Below are positions 28,183 through 40,300 of a stretch of DNA of 64,000 nucleotides, in pieces. The translations under genes were made by a program, and so were the position numbers. Under the pieces are notes generated by a model, which did no database searches, was not told the DNA's origin, and was given only the letters and a program-made list of their open reading frames with translations. The DNA comes from an uncultured Verrucomicrobiota bacterium (GTDB lineage: Bacteria; Verrucomicrobiota; Verrucomicrobiia; Limisphaerales; JAEYXS01), in contig CAZPUL010000008.1 in NCBI GenBank assembly GCA_964589735.1, positions 1,213-65,212 on the forward strand, given 5' to 3'. The stretch's first letter is position 1; every line of letters starts with the position of its first letter.

Positions 28183-29496
28183 CTATGCCAGCTCTCGCCG
28201 CAGCTTCCACCACACATTCTCCAGCGGGAAGAACTGCGAATATAACAACCGCTCATACCGGTAATGCGCCACGATCTTCTCCAACTCCGCCCGCCGCTCC
28301 CTCAAGATAGCCTTGTCCGGTGCCAACGCCACCACCCACGCAGCGAAGGCCGGTTCCCTCACCCCGTTCACTTCCTGCCCGCGACGCGGCGCCACCTTTC
28401 CGAATTCGCGCAACTGCATCTGCGCCAGCGCCACCGATTCTTGTTCCGTCTGTTGCGGCTTCCACCACTGGTTCATCACCCGCCAGTCGTGTTCAAATTT
28501 TTTCACATCCTCGTTATCGAATTTCATGCCGATGGGCAGGCTCTCCAGCGCCACCACCGCCCCCGCCTGCAAGCCCTTCGCATACGCCGTCTTCAAATCC
28601 TTGTCCGCCTCCATCTCCCACAGCGCCCGCAAGCACGCGTTCGGAATCGATGCCGTCCAGGAATGCCGCGCGCCGTGCTCAAAGATCATACCGCCCTCAC
28701 ACGCGGCCAATCGTGTGATGTTCTTCTTGCCGCCCACCTCCAGCATCGATTGCCGATACATCTTGTCCCATTTGCTGTCACCCGTGAGCTGATGCATCCA
28801 TTTCAGCACAAACAGCACCCGCGGCGAACTCTCCCAGGAGATCTCATGGAACTGTCCCCGGATCTTGAACGGCTCCTCCGCCGGCATCTTCCAGCCCAAG
28901 GCGATGATCACGTCCACCATCTCCGTCACCTTGGCCACGATCCGCGCCCGCTCCGCCTTGTCTGGCAGATCCGTTTGCAGATACCGCCACATCCCGAACA
29001 GCCATGGGGCCGTCTGATCGTTCGAGCCCATCGGATAATGACTCATGCCATCCGTCCCCATACCGCGCGCCACGAAACCCTTCACCTCGCTCACCGATGC
29101 CAGCTTCATCAACCCCCGCGCCATCCGCCGCACCTTCTCCGCATCTGCCTTGGCTTTGGTGATCTGCCAACGATCGACCATCGCATCGATATACAAGCCG
29201 TTGAAGAATCCTCCGTTCTCGATCGGACTCCACCAACCCAACGCATTCGGTTTCCCTAAGCGGCACTCCTCCGGCGTAGGGATGATGACCTTCCCCTGCT
29301 CATCCGCGAAATCGAGCATGACATCATGCTTGTCGATCAATCGCCGCCACATCTCCTCATGCGCCGACTGCGTTGCGGCTTCGGCCTTACCTGTCTCTGC
29401 GCGCAGGATGCATGGTGCTCCCAAGGCAAATCCGACCCCTGCCTTGATTGCCATCCGCCGGGAAAATGTTTTGGTGCTTTTACCGCTCATAATCAT
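28183..29496 (-). CDS. Tat-exported hypothetical protein
   Basis: 'KTFSRRMAIKAGVGFALGAPCILRAE' leader when started at the ATG at 29496. Helical composition (possible alpha/alpha toroid). No motif recognised. Confidence 0.45.
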   Translation of the reverse strand: MIMSGKSTKTFSRRMAIKAGVGFALGAPCILRAETGKAEAATQSAHEEMWRRLIDKHDVMLDFADEQGKVIIPTPEECRLGKPNALGWWSPIENGGFFNGLYIDAMVDRWQITKAKADAEKVRRMARGLMKLASVSEVKGFVARGMGTDGMSHYPMGSNDQTAPWLFGMWRYLQTDLPDKAERARIVAKVTEMVDVIIALGWKMPAEEPFKIRGQFHEISWESSPRVLFVLKWMHQLTGDSKWDKMYRQSMLEVGGKKNITRLAACEGGMIFEHGARHSWTASIPNACLRALWEMEADKDLKTAYAKGLQAGAVVALESLPIGMKFDNEDVKKFEHDWRVMNQWWKPQQTEQESVALAQMQLREFGKVAPRRGQEVNGVREPAFAAWVVALAPDKAILRERRAELEKIVAHYRYERLLYSQFFPLENVWWKLRRELA

Positions 29497-29932
29497 GATG
29501 ATGCTTGATGTAACCCCAGAAAACCGCCTCCTCACAAGGCTGCAATTCCTTGGTGCGGAGTATTTTCTGTTGGTGAAATAGTTTTCGTTGAAACCCGGTT
29601 TGCCCACCTGTTTCTTCTCGCGGCCTGTTTCGGCCTCTCTGACACGCTCCTTTTCACGTCTCTTTATATAGACTCCTGAGCAGTGGAAAAGTTTCAAAAA
29701 AATCTGCGTTAAATGATGACTACCTCAAACTGTGCCATTTTGACTCACGTTCACACCGGATTCTGCGCCGCGCCAGCCTGCGACAAAATGTCTCACCTTC
29801 CAAAATCGCCGTGATAAGACACGTCCACCTCGCGCAACAGACCGCTCAGTGGACTTTTCCCTTGCCCCCTTCCAGACTCGACACTCGCCCCCTTTCCCGC
29901 CAATCTTGCCCGGTCGCCGTCAACTTAAGGTT

Positions 29933-30655
29933 ATGCCCGGACACAAATTCAACATCCTGTTCCTTGAGGACAATCTGGTCGCCTCTAATTTCCTGATCAG
30001 CACCCTGTCCCGTGAGCTGCCCGATGTTAAGTTTGTTCCGGCCATCACCATTAAAGAAGCCAGCCAAAAGGTTGCCGAGCAAGCCTTCGACCTCTTCATC
30101 CTCGACATCCAGTTGCCTGACGGCAACAGCATCGATTTTCTGGACGCCCTGCAAAAAGAGCACGTCACCATTCCGCGCGCCATCTTCATGACCGCCAGCA
30201 AGGTCCCGGAGTTGCGCCAACGGGCCCAAAACGCCGGTGCCGTCCGCTTTTTTGAGAAACCGGTGAAATCCAAGGAATTTGCGGTTGTCGTTCGGGAGAT
30301 TCTGGCGCTTCAGCCCGCGCCGGAGCAGCAACCCAACGCTTTCGAAGGCCTGCTGAGCTGCCTGACCCCCATCGATCTCGTCCAGTTGAAATGCCTCTCC
30401 CACGCCAAGATGGGCTTGGAATTTTTCACCAAGGAAGGCGTACGCGGGGTTGTCTATTTCCGCGAAGGCCAGGTGGTTCACGCCGCGACCGGCAATTTGA
30501 CGGGCGAAGACGCTTTTTGCCGAATCATGACCTGGAAGAGCGGTAAAATCAGCGAACTGCCCCTGCCCACCGCCCTGCCCCAGACCATCAAGGCCAACTG
30601 GAACGACCTCGTCATCCATGCCGCACACAAGATGGACGAAGCCGCCGGTTCCTAG
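29933..30655 (+). CDS. response regulator receiver fused to a DUF4388 domain
   Basis: Receiver 'NILFLEDNLVASNFL...FILDIQLPDGNSIDF'. C-terminal 'LTPIDLVQLKCLSHAKMGLEF...GVVYFREGQVVHA...GEDAFCRIMTW' is typical of DUF4388. ATG at 29933. Confidence 0.75.
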   Translation: MPGHKFNILFLEDNLVASNFLISTLSRELPDVKFVPAITIKEASQKVAEQAFDLFILDIQLPDGNSIDFLDALQKEHVTIPRAIFMTASKVPELRQRAQNAGAVRFFEKPVKSKEFAVVVREILALQPAPEQQPNAFEGLLSCLTPIDLVQLKCLSHAKMGLEFFTKEGVRGVVYFREGQVVHAATGNLTGEDAFCRIMTWKSGKISELPLPTALPQTIKANWNDLVIHAAHKMDEAAGS

Positions 30656-30787
30656 AAAAACTTGGCGCACGGTGCGTCTCGCATGCGAAATCCCTAAACA
30701 ACACCGGTGTACGATTCCCCCAGCTCCGCAGAGAGTATGACTGCCGCTTGGGAAGCGTCAGAGAAATTCGCTGACGCCAAGCCCCAC

Positions 30788-32479
30788 TCACAACCGCTCC
30801 ACCGTCACATCCCCTTGGATACCGCCCGCATCAATCGCCAGTTTCTGCCCGGTTTTGTCCTCCAGCCACACTTCAAGTTGACCCGCTCCTCTGGCCAGTT
30901 CAAACACCGTTCGCCCATCCTTTAGCGGCTGCTTCACCGTCTTCCCCTGCCACACCACCGCCATCATGGTGCCAGCCGGAATCGATTCCCGCGCACTGCT
31001 CATCTGATATTTCCCGGCCTGCTCCACCACCACCTGCCAGCCCTTCGGATCTTTGCCCGCCCACGTGAGGTCTTGGTAATAACAGAGATGCACCGGATTT
31101 TCCGCCGCATTGCCGATGTGGATGTCACCTGGCTTGAACCCTCGTGTCCCTTTCACCTCCGCGAACCATTTCTCATACGCCCCCCGCATTTTCCGTAATT
31201 GCTCCGGCTGTTCCTTGGCCAGATTCTTTTCCTCCGCCGGGTCCTCTGCCAGATCATACAGCTCCAGCACCGGCCCATTAGCCGTCACCACATTCTCCTC
31301 TTTGTTGAACGAACCCGGTGAACCCACCAGCTTCCACCGTTGGTTGATCACCGCCATGTTCTGATACGCGTGAGGGGTCAGCCCGCGATGCACCTGGAAG
31401 AACAGATTGCGATCCACCAGTTCCACCGCCTTGCTCCCCGACAGCAACGGCTCCAGATTCATCCCGTCCAGCTTCAGCTCCGCCGGTGCCGTCACACCAC
31501 ACACGCTGAGCAAGGTGGGCAGAACATCCATGTCCGCCGCGATGCGATCAATCGTCCTTGCCCCCTTCCACTTCGCCGGCCATTGGACGAAGAACGGCAC
31601 CCGGATTCCGCCCTCATAGGTCATGCTCTTGCGCCCGCGCAGGTTCATGGTGTAACGCGCCTGTTGCGGCCCGTTATCCGTCATGAAAATCACCAGCGTA
31701 TTGTCGCGCAGTTTCAGCTTCTCCAGATGCGCGATGAGCCGCCCGAAATTCTCGTCCAGATTCTGCACCATCCCATAGACCTTCGCCGTCGTCTCATCCA
31801 GCCCCAGCTCGCGATACGGCTTCACATAATCCTCACTCACCTCCAAGGGCGTGTGCGGGGCATTCAAGGGGATGTAAGCGAAGAATGGTTTCGTCTGGCT
31901 CGCCGTGGCGAATTCCATCGCAGCGTTGAAGAACACATCCGTGCAATAACCCTTCGCCTGGATGCGCTTGCCATTATGCCAAAGGAATGGATCGAAGTAG
32001 CTGTTCGGCTGAACGGGCGGCTGCGTGATGCCCCCGGACTTGTGCATCAACACTTCCTGAAAACCTTGGTCCTGCGGCCGCATCGGATAATTATCCCCCA
32101 GATGCCACTTGCCAAAGATGCCCGTGCGATAGCCACCCTTGCCCAGCAGTTCCGCAACCGTCGTCTCGTCCCCGTGCATCTTCGCACCGCCGCGTGAAGT
32201 ATGGATGACGCCTGTACGATACTGAAACCGCCCCGTCATCAAAGCCGCCCGCGTCGGCGCACACACCGGGCTCACATAGAAGCGCGTCAGCCGGATGCCC
32301 TCGCGACCGAACTTATCCAGATTTGGAGTCTTGATCTTTTCATTTCCATGAAGCCCCAAATCACCGATGCCCTGATCATCGGAAATCACGAGGATCACAT
32401 TCGGGCGGTCAGCTCCAAAAACGCCGAAAGGTAAAGCGACAAAAGCGAACGCCAGCAGGCACAAGCGCAGGAGGTTCAT
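30788..32479 (-). CDS. arylsulfatase
   Basis: 'RPNVILVISDDQGIGDLG' and 'CAPTRAALMTGR' (CxPxR). Confidence 0.9.
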   Translation of the reverse strand: MNLLRLCLLAFAFVALPFGVFGADRPNVILVISDDQGIGDLGLHGNEKIKTPNLDKFGREGIRLTRFYVSPVCAPTRAALMTGRFQYRTGVIHTSRGGAKMHGDETTVAELLGKGGYRTGIFGKWHLGDNYPMRPQDQGFQEVLMHKSGGITQPPVQPNSYFDPFLWHNGKRIQAKGYCTDVFFNAAMEFATASQTKPFFAYIPLNAPHTPLEVSEDYVKPYRELGLDETTAKVYGMVQNLDENFGRLIAHLEKLKLRDNTLVIFMTDNGPQQARYTMNLRGRKSMTYEGGIRVPFFVQWPAKWKGARTIDRIAADMDVLPTLLSVCGVTAPAELKLDGMNLEPLLSGSKAVELVDRNLFFQVHRGLTPHAYQNMAVINQRWKLVGSPGSFNKEENVVTANGPVLELYDLAEDPAEEKNLAKEQPEQLRKMRGAYEKWFAEVKGTRGFKPGDIHIGNAAENPVHLCYYQDLTWAGKDPKGWQVVVEQAGKYQMSSARESIPAGTMMAVVWQGKTVKQPLKDGRTVFELARGAGQLEVWLEDKTGQKLAIDAGGIQGDVTVERL

Positions 32480-32542
32480 GGCGATATGTAAGCAACCCCG
32501 CCCTGAATTGCCAACGGAGAAACAAAGTTAGTGTACCACCTC

Positions 32543-32580
32543 TATAAAAGAAAAGGCTGGCAGCCATTGCTGCCAGCCTT
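32543..32580 (-). terminator. rho-independent terminator after the DUF1592/DUF1552 pair
   Basis: Minus strand: AAGGCTGGCAGC-AATG-GCTGCCAGCCTT followed by TTCTTTTAT. Confidence 0.75.
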
Positions 32581-32599
32581 CCCTGTAAGCTAATTGCTA

Positions 32600-33916
32600 T
32601 CAGGCCAGATCCAACGGCCCGTTCTGGCTCAGTTCCTTGTTGCCGAAGGTCGCGATGTTATGCCCCACCGCGTGCGCCAGCGCGAGATGCAACCGGTTGT
32701 GCGGCACCTTGTCGAACTTCAGCGACCGGCCCATCTTGAACCCGAACCCGCCACCCGCCATCACGAACGGGATGTCGTTCAGCGTATGGGAATTGCCCTT
32801 GCCCAGCTCGTTCGTCCAGATCACCAGCGTGTTGTCCAGCATCGAACCCGTGCTGCCCGGCTCCGGTGTTTCCGCCAACCGCTTCAACAAGTAGTTCAAT
32901 TCACCCGCGAACCACTTGTTGATCTTGATCAGCTTCTGCTTCGCCACTTCGTCGCTGTCGGGCTCATGGGACAGGCCATGGTGACCGTCCTTGATGTCCA
33001 GCCAGTTCATCCGCGCCTGACCGACGGACTTCGTGTATTGCAACGTCGCCACGCGAGCCATGTCGTTCACGAAGCTGTTGATCAGCAAATCCACCTGCAT
33101 CCGGCTCAAGCGCGGCACATCGTCGTTCTGGCCCGCTGACACCCCACCTGCCAGTGTCGGCGCCGGGGCCAGCACCTTCTGCTTGTCGCTTTCTTTCAGA
33201 TCCTTCTCCATCTGGCGCACCAGTGTCTCATGCTGCTCCAGCATCCGCCGGTCTTCCGCGCTGATCATCTTGCGGATCTTCTTCAAGTCCGTCTGCACAT
33301 CGTCCAAGATGCTCTGCAAGCTCTCCTTGTCCTTCAACTGGCCGTAGAGCTTCTGATACATCTGATACGGGTCCGAGATCGGCGCGACCGGTTGGTTCGG
33401 TCCAGCATAGGACATGCGCGTCCAAGGATCCGCCCGGTCCGTGACACCCACACCAAATTCCAACGAGCCAAAACGTGTCTTGGTCTCTTCCTTGCTCTGG
33501 AAATAATTCTTCAGCTCCTGGTCGATGGAAATGCCGCTCGCCCAACCCGCGGGCGCACCGCCACCACCCTGCACATTGCCCGGGAACAGCTCGATGCCTG
33601 TGAGCAGGCAGCTCATACCGCGCATGTGGCTGTCGCCATCTCCGCGCACCCGGTTGGCCACGCCGTTCAGGATGAGCAGCTTGTCCTTGAACTCCTCCAG
33701 CGGGGACACGATCTCCTTCAGCTTGAACTCGCTGCCGACCTCATCCGGCCAGAACGCGGACGGAATCGTCCCGTTCGGGCTGAACATGATGACCAGACGC
33801 TGGCGCGGCCGGGCCGGAGCGGCCAGACCGAGGCTTGGCAGGCCCATCAGGAACGGCAGGGCGGCGGTCGAGAGCCCTACCCGCTTGATAAATTCACGGC
33901 GATGTATCGTGTTCAT
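32600..33916 (-). CDS. DUF1552 family protein (Tat leader)
   Basis: '[19 protein letters not shown]' and '[21 protein letters not shown]'. ATGA overlap with the upstream DUF1592 gene, the canonical pairing. Confidence 0.8.
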   Translation of the reverse strand: MNTIHRREFIKRVGLSTAALPFLMGLPSLGLAAPARPRQRLVIMFSPNGTIPSAFWPDEVGSEFKLKEIVSPLEEFKDKLLILNGVANRVRGDGDSHMRGMSCLLTGIELFPGNVQGGGGAPAGWASGISIDQELKNYFQSKEETKTRFGSLEFGVGVTDRADPWTRMSYAGPNQPVAPISDPYQMYQKLYGQLKDKESLQSILDDVQTDLKKIRKMISAEDRRMLEQHETLVRQMEKDLKESDKQKVLAPAPTLAGGVSAGQNDDVPRLSRMQVDLLINSFVNDMARVATLQYTKSVGQARMNWLDIKDGHHGLSHEPDSDEVAKQKLIKINKWFAGELNYLLKRLAETPEPGSTGSMLDNTLVIWTNELGKGNSHTLNDIPFVMAGGGFGFKMGRSLKFDKVPHNRLHLALAHAVGHNIATFGNKELSQNGPLDLA

Positions 33917-36231
33917 GTCTTTTTCTTCGAGCTGACGTTCTTGTCTGGATCGTGCGTGGCGGCCAGCGTGGCAATGTCCACCACCAGCTTCTGGATATTG
34001 TAACCCGACTCGGCAAACGACCGGCGCAAACGGTCCATGTGCTCCGGCCCATAAGCCATCATCGGTTGTTTGACGATCTGGTGGAACAATTGTTCGATAA
34101 AACCGTTCTGGGCCAGATCGCTGCTAACGGCGAATTCCGCCACATCCCGCGCCCCGGCCAAGCGCACCTTCTCGCCTTCGTCGGTGATGTAATCACTCAC
34201 GGCATTTACGGGCTTGCCATTCTCCGTCGTGCGGAAGCGGCCCACCGCATCATACAGCTCCAGGCTGAAGCCCAGCGGATTGATCACCGCATGGCAGGTC
34301 TGGCAGTTCTGCGACTTGGTCAGCTCGGCGACTTTCTCCCGCATGGAGAGATTCGGCGCGAATTTGGTATCCTCGAACGCCACGGCAATCGGAGGCGGCT
34401 TGAGCGCCCGGCCCACGATCTTCCGCGTCAGGAACACCCCGCGATGGATGGGCGAGGTGGACTTCTGATACGAGAACGCCGCCAGCAGATACGGATGCGT
34501 CACCACGCCGGAGCGCTGCGTCGGGTCCAGCTTCACTTTGACGAAATCCTCTTTCGCCTCCGTCTTGACCCCGTAGAATTCCGCCAGCCGCCCGTTCATG
34601 TAGAGGCTGTCGGAGAGCAGCAACTGCCGGTAATCGCCCGTGCTGCCCCACACCACATCATCGAGGAACAGGTTCAGTGATGTCCGCAGATCCGCGATGA
34701 TCTCCGGCGTGAACCCGGGATACAGTTTGCTGTCCTTGGAGACATCTTCCACATGATCCATCTGCAACCAGTGATGCAGGAAATACTGCATCTTGGACTT
34801 TGCCCGCTGGTCCGCCAGCATCCGCTTCGCCTGCTGCGCCACCAATTCCTGCGTCGCCAGCTTGCCTTCCGCTGCGGCCTTCAAAAGTTCCTTGTCCGGC
34901 ATGGAATCCCACAGTCCGTATGACAGCCGTGTCGCCACCGCATAAGGATTCATCTTATCCGTCTCCAAACCCAAGTACAGGAACTGCGGTGACTTCAACG
35001 CCAGCAACACCACCCGCTTCACGGCGGTGTCCAAATCCTTCGCTCCCGCGAAATGCGCGCCCACGTAGGTCTGCTTCTGCTCTTCCGTCAGCGGCTGCCG
35101 GAACGCCGCCTGCACGAATTCCTTGCAGAACGCCTCAACCTTCGCCGCCCGGTCCGCATCACCCGGCTTGCTGCGGGTGAAACGGTCCAGCCGCGCGATC
35201 ACGTAATTCGCCACCTCGATGCCCGCCTGTGTCGTCGCCTCATCCCACGCTTTCGAGATGCCCACGCCTCGCTCATATCCCACGCTGCTGTCATCCGGCG
35301 GGAAGGGCGTGTTGAGCACAAACGTCGAGCGCACCTGCGTTGTCGCCAAGTTCCGCATCGGGACCACTTGCTGTGCGCCATGCGGCGGCACCCATTGCAG
35401 CGAGATGGACGCCGTCTTGTCCTTGAACTTGAACACATCCAGCATCAACGGATAAGTCCGCCCGCCGATGAGCTTGATGGTCGCTTTGTGCTCCGACTGG
35501 CCGGAGGCCACCCACGCATCGATCAGCGGGTTATCCGTATCGTTGACCCACAACCGAGTCCCGTTCGGCGTCTTCAGGATGAACTCATACGTACCCGACT
35601 CCTCCGCAATGAGCGACCCCTGCCAGCGGATGGAGAACTCGTTCGTACCGGTGACCCTTGGATCGGGATTCTCGGTGCCATAGTCAAAATTGATCTGCGT
35701 ATCCACGCGATCGAACATCTTCCGCCCGAAGCCGCGCGAATTGAAATAAGACCCGCGCAATCCCCGTTCCGGCCCGATCTTTCCTTCATCCGTGGAGAAG
35801 CTCTTTAACAAATCCGCCACCGTGTTCACATACTGGCGGTTCGTCAGCCGCACCAGTTCGACCCGGGCCGGATTGTTCCGGTGCTGGGCGATCCGCGAGT
35901 AAAACGCATCATAAATATACTGAGCCACTGCCAGGGAACCCGCCGCATCCAGCATTTCCGGCTTGTCCTCCGGCATCGTGCGGTCAATGACCCGGGCCAG
36001 CTTGTCGATGGACCAGTCCCCATGCAGCGCCTCGTCATACTTGCCGTGCACACCCTCGCCCGCCTTACCATGGCAGCTCGCGCACTGCTTGCGGTAGATT
36101 TCCGCACCCGAGGGCTTCTTTTTATCTGCCGCCTGGAGGCTTGCTTGGTCTGCTAAAATGCATACCAAAGCAAGCATCCAAACGACATTCCCGCGTGACA
36201 ATGAAAACAGTCTGCCGAAAGCATCCGCCAT
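33913..36231 (-). CDS. cytochrome-c / PA14-like / DUF1587-DUF1592-DUF1595-DUF1588-DUF1585 multidomain protein
   Basis: Haem motif 'CASCHG', PA14-like '[33 protein letters not shown]', C-terminal '[13 protein letters not shown]'. The ATG at 36231 gives a signal peptide. In-frame upstream starts at ATG 36318 and GTG 36327 are possible. Confidence 0.8.
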   Translation of the reverse strand: MADAFGRLFSLSRGNVVWMLALVCILADQASLQAADKKKPSGAEIYRKQCASCHGKAGEGVHGKYDEALHGDWSIDKLARVIDRTMPEDKPEMLDAAGSLAVAQYIYDAFYSRIAQHRNNPARVELVRLTNRQYVNTVADLLKSFSTDEGKIGPERGLRGSYFNSRGFGRKMFDRVDTQINFDYGTENPDPRVTGTNEFSIRWQGSLIAEESGTYEFILKTPNGTRLWVNDTDNPLIDAWVASGQSEHKATIKLIGGRTYPLMLDVFKFKDKTASISLQWVPPHGAQQVVPMRNLATTQVRSTFVLNTPFPPDDSSVGYERGVGISKAWDEATTQAGIEVANYVIARLDRFTRSKPGDADRAAKVEAFCKEFVQAAFRQPLTEEQKQTYVGAHFAGAKDLDTAVKRVVLLALKSPQFLYLGLETDKMNPYAVATRLSYGLWDSMPDKELLKAAAEGKLATQELVAQQAKRMLADQRAKSKMQYFLHHWLQMDHVEDVSKDSKLYPGFTPEIIADLRTSLNLFLDDVVWGSTGDYRQLLLSDSLYMNGRLAEFYGVKTEAKEDFVKVKLDPTQRSGVVTHPYLLAAFSYQKSTSPIHRGVFLTRKIVGRALKPPPIAVAFEDTKFAPNLSMREKVAELTKSQNCQTCHAVINPLGFSLELYDAVGRFRTTENGKPVNAVSDYITDEGEKVRLAGARDVAEFAVSSDLAQNGFIEQLFHQIVKQPMMAYGPEHMDRLRRSFAESGYNIQKLVVDIATLAATHDPDKNVSSKKKT

Positions 36232-36438
36232 GGCTTTCGCACCCCACGCAAAGCCCTTCTTTGGCAAAGAGATGCGCTCTTGGCCTGCTTCCTGTTCCAT
36301 GTTCCGGTCAAACGGCATAAAATTCACTAGGGCTTAGACGACCATATATTGCTTCAGATTCAGTTAATGACAAGTAATTCACCCTTAATTTTCCATCGCC
36401 ATCCCGGCCCCTGATTCGGCATCATCCGGCTCAACGCT

Positions 36439-37287
36439 ATGCGTGAAATCAGGAAAGCAGTCATCACCGCCGCCGGCCGCAACCAGCGTGCGCTCGCCCT
36501 CCAAACCCTCGTGGATCGCGATGGCGAATCCCGCACCGCCCTGCACATCCTCTTGAACGAGGCCGTCAGCGCCGGTTGCGAGGAGATCGCCGTGGTCATC
36601 GCTCCCGGCGATGCCTCCGCCTACGCCACTGCCGCTGGCGAACATGCCCGGAAGGTGCGCTTTGTGGAACAGCACGAGCCGCGCGGCTACGGCCATGCCA
36701 TCTTCTGCACCCGCGAGTTTGTCGGTGACCAATCCTTCCTTCACCTCGTCGGCGACCACCTATGGGTCAGCCGCTCGGATGTCAGTTGTGCCAAGCAACT
36801 CGTCACCATCGCCGCCCAACAGGAATGTGCCGTCTCCGGCGTACAACCGACCAAGGAACGCGAACTGCCCAACTACGGTGCCATCGGCGGCAAGCTCGTC
36901 TCCGGCAGCCAAGGCCTCTACGAAGTTCAGAACGTGCTGGAGAAGCCCACGCCCACTTTGGCCGAGCAGCAACTCGTCGTCCCCGGCTTGCGCGCGGGCC
37001 ATTACCTCTGTCTCTTCGGCCTGCATGTCATCACTCCCACGATCTTCAGCATCTTGGAGAAACAGCTTAACGCCTTGAAAGCTGGTGAGAAACTCCCGCT
37101 CTCTTCCGCCCTCGCCCAACTGGCACGGCAGGAACACTACCTCGCCTACGAAGTCGCTGGGGCGCGTTACGATCTCGGGTCGCGTTACGGCGTCCTGAAC
37201 GCCCAGCTCGCCCTCGCCCTCGAAGGCAAGGACCGTAGCGAAGTCCTCGCGCAACTCCTCGAACTTCTCGCCCAACGCGCCAAGTAA
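36439..37287 (+). CDS. sugar-1-phosphate nucleotidyltransferase (GalU/UTP-glucose-1-phosphate uridylyltransferase-like)
   Basis: '[12 protein letters not shown]' (GxGxR-type loop) and 'EPRGYGHAI'. Confidence 0.7.
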   Translation: MREIRKAVITAAGRNQRALALQTLVDRDGESRTALHILLNEAVSAGCEEIAVVIAPGDASAYATAAGEHARKVRFVEQHEPRGYGHAIFCTREFVGDQSFLHLVGDHLWVSRSDVSCAKQLVTIAAQQECAVSGVQPTKERELPNYGAIGGKLVSGSQGLYEVQNVLEKPTPTLAEQQLVVPGLRAGHYLCLFGLHVITPTIFSILEKQLNALKAGEKLPLSSALAQLARQEHYLAYEVAGARYDLGSRYGVLNAQLALALEGKDRSEVLAQLLELLAQRAK

Positions 37288-37309
37288 AGCAAAGAACCTG
37301 AACGCCACC

Positions 37310-40300
37310 ATGAGTTCTTTGCTAAACCTCATCACCTCGCCCGACGCCGCCACGCGCAATCAATCCCTCGACGCCTTCGCCCGCACTGCATCGCTAGACG
37401 AACTGCTCACCGCCTGCGCCGAGCTCGACACCTTCCGCCGCCGGGCGGACAACCTCTACGAACGCGTCCGCGCCCTGTTCTTCCTCTACGCCCTGCATCG
37501 CTTTCATATCCCAAATAAACTTGGGTCAGCGAATCTACGGAACGAAAACAGCAACGCTCAAATCCCCTTCCCCGGCTACGAACAGCTATTGAACCGCCGC
37601 TTTGAAGAAGCCATCGACATCTTCCTGAAATCCCAGTCCACCGATGGCCCCAGCGACGGCATCAGCTCCGCCCTCGCCGCCGCCTATCATCGCCTCGCTT
37701 TCCAAACGCTGGCCGATCAAGTCCGCCGCAGTGTCCGTTCCGTGCGTGGCAATCAATGGATGTTCCGCATGGGCCATCCCGCCGATCAACCGCTCCGCCT
37801 CCGCCCCGAACTCTTGCACCGCGCCAGTGACGGCACCTACCCCATTCTGCGCGAGCAAACGCCCGTGCGCATGGACCTCACGCACTCCGCGTGGTCAGAC
37901 ATCTTCTTCCTCGGGATGGATTATCCTGAAGGCGCGAAAGTACTGAATATCTCCGTTGACCTCGGCGTGCACGGCCGCGATAACGCTACGCGCCCGCCCG
38001 TCAGCGCCTGGCTCCGCGTCATCGATGAACCCGTCTTGCGCCTCACCTCCGTGGACCTCGGTGCCACTGCGGATATCAATTCCCTCAGCGACATCTTCGA
38101 TTTCGCCAAAGATTACCTCGGCCTGCTGAAAGCCGCCGTCATCGCCTCCGGCATCGTGCCACCCGGCATCGAAGGCTCCGGCCAATCGCTTGCTGAACTC
38201 CTCGCCCGCATCGTCGGACCCGGCAAAGGCTTGGAGATCGTCTCCTGCGTGAACGACATCCCGAAAGGTTCACGTCTTGCCGTCAGCACGAATCTCCTCG
38301 GCTCCCTCATCAGCGTTTGCATGCGTGCTACCGGCCAAGCCGCTTCATTGACTGGTCCGCTGGAAGAATCTGAACGCCGCCTCGTCCTCGCTCGTGCCTT
38401 GTTGGGTGAATGGCTCGGCGGCTCCGGCGGCGGCTGGCAAGACTCCGGCGGTGTGTGGCCCGGCATCAAGCTCATCACCGGCGTCGCCGCACATGAGGAA
38501 GACCCTGAATTCAGCATCTCCCGCGGGCGCCTGATGCCCACCCACCACGTCTTCAGCCGCGATGAGATTCCCGATTCCGCGCGTCAGGCGTTGCAAGATT
38601 CCCTCGTCGTCGTCCACGGCGGCATGGCGCAAAACGTCGGCCCCATCCTCGAGATGGTCACCGAGAAATACCTGCTCCGTAGCGAAGCAGAATGGCATGG
38701 CCGCCAGGAAGCCCTCAGCGTGCTCGACGAAGTCATCAGCGCCTTGAAGCGCGGCGACATCAAAGCCGTCGGTGCCGCCACCACACGTAATTTCCGCCAG
38801 CCCATCCAGACCATCATCCCGTGGGCCTCTACCTATTTCACTGAGCAATTGATCGCGAAAGCTGAAGCCGCCTTTGGCCGGGATTTCTGGGGCTTCTGGA
38901 TGCTTGGCGGCATGAGCGGCGGAGGCATGGGCTTCATCTTCGCACCCGAACGCAAACGCGAAGCCCAGCAACGCATGCAGCAGATCATGCTGGAGACCAA
39001 GCGCGAACTGCAGCACGCCCTGCCCTTCGCCATGGACCCCGTGGTCTTCGATTACAGCATCAACGAGCACGGCACTGTCGCGGACCTCCTGCATGGCGAT
39101 CACGCCATCATGCCCGCGAACTATTACGCGCTCACCGTTCCCGGCATGTTGCGTCAAGACCTTCAATCTCTGCCCATTTCCCGCCGCGCTGAACTCGATA
39201 AATTCGGTGCCGCCGCCCGCAACAAGCCCGAACTGCGCGGCATGGTGCAAAATCTCTTCGACATCCTCCTGCCCAAAGGCAAGTCCGAGAAGACGCAAGG
39301 CGCCTCGCTCGACGAACTGCTCGAACAAAATGGCTTCGACCGCAACCAGCACGAACAGATCCGCACCGATCTCAAAGAAGGCCGCATCGGCCTGGCCCAA
39401 AACCGCCTCCGCGCCGACACGCAAATCGAAGACTTGGCCAGCAGTGAAGTCACCGAACTCTCAGCCGATCTCGTAAATCGTAAATCCGAAATCATAAATC
39501 TAGGTGAGCAGGCTCTCCGCAATGGCGAACTCGCCATCATCAGCCTTGCTGCTGGTGCCGGTTCCCGCTGGACCGGTGGTGCTGGCACGTGCAAAGCCCT
39601 GCACCCCTTTGCCAAGCTGGCTGGCAAACACCGCACGTTTATAGAGACGCACCTGGCCAAGTCACGCCAGGCATCACAGAAATACGGCACCAGCATCCCG
39701 CACGTCTTCACCACGGGCTATCTCACACATCAGCCCACCGTCGATTTCCTGAACCGTGTTAAGAACTACGGTTACGAAGGCCCGCTCCATCTCTCTCCTG
39801 GAAAAAGTGTCGGCCAACGCTTCATTCCGACCGTACGCGACCTCCGCTTCCAATGGGAAGAGATGCCGCAGCAACGTCTTGATGAGCAGCAACAAAAAGT
39901 CCGCGACAGCCTGCGCCATGCCCTGATGAATTGGGCCCGTGGAGCCGGTGAAGCCAGCGATTACACGGACAATCTCCCGCTCCAATGCCTGCACCCCGTC
40001 GGCCACTTCTACGAAGTGCCGAATCTACTGCGCAATGGCGTGATGGCCGCCTTGCTGAAAGGACGTCCACAGCTCAAGTATCTGATGCTGCACAACATCG
40101 ATACGCTCGGCGCCAATCCCGATCCCGCCCTGCTCGGCCAGCACATCCAGAGTGGTGCGTGTCTCACCTTTGAAGTCATCACCCGCCGTCTGGAAGATCG
40201 CGGTGGCGGTCTGGCCAAGGTGAACGGCCGCGTGCGTTTCGTCGAAGGTCTCGCCATGCCGCGCGAAGAAGCCGAGTTTCGCCTGAGCTACTACAACTCG

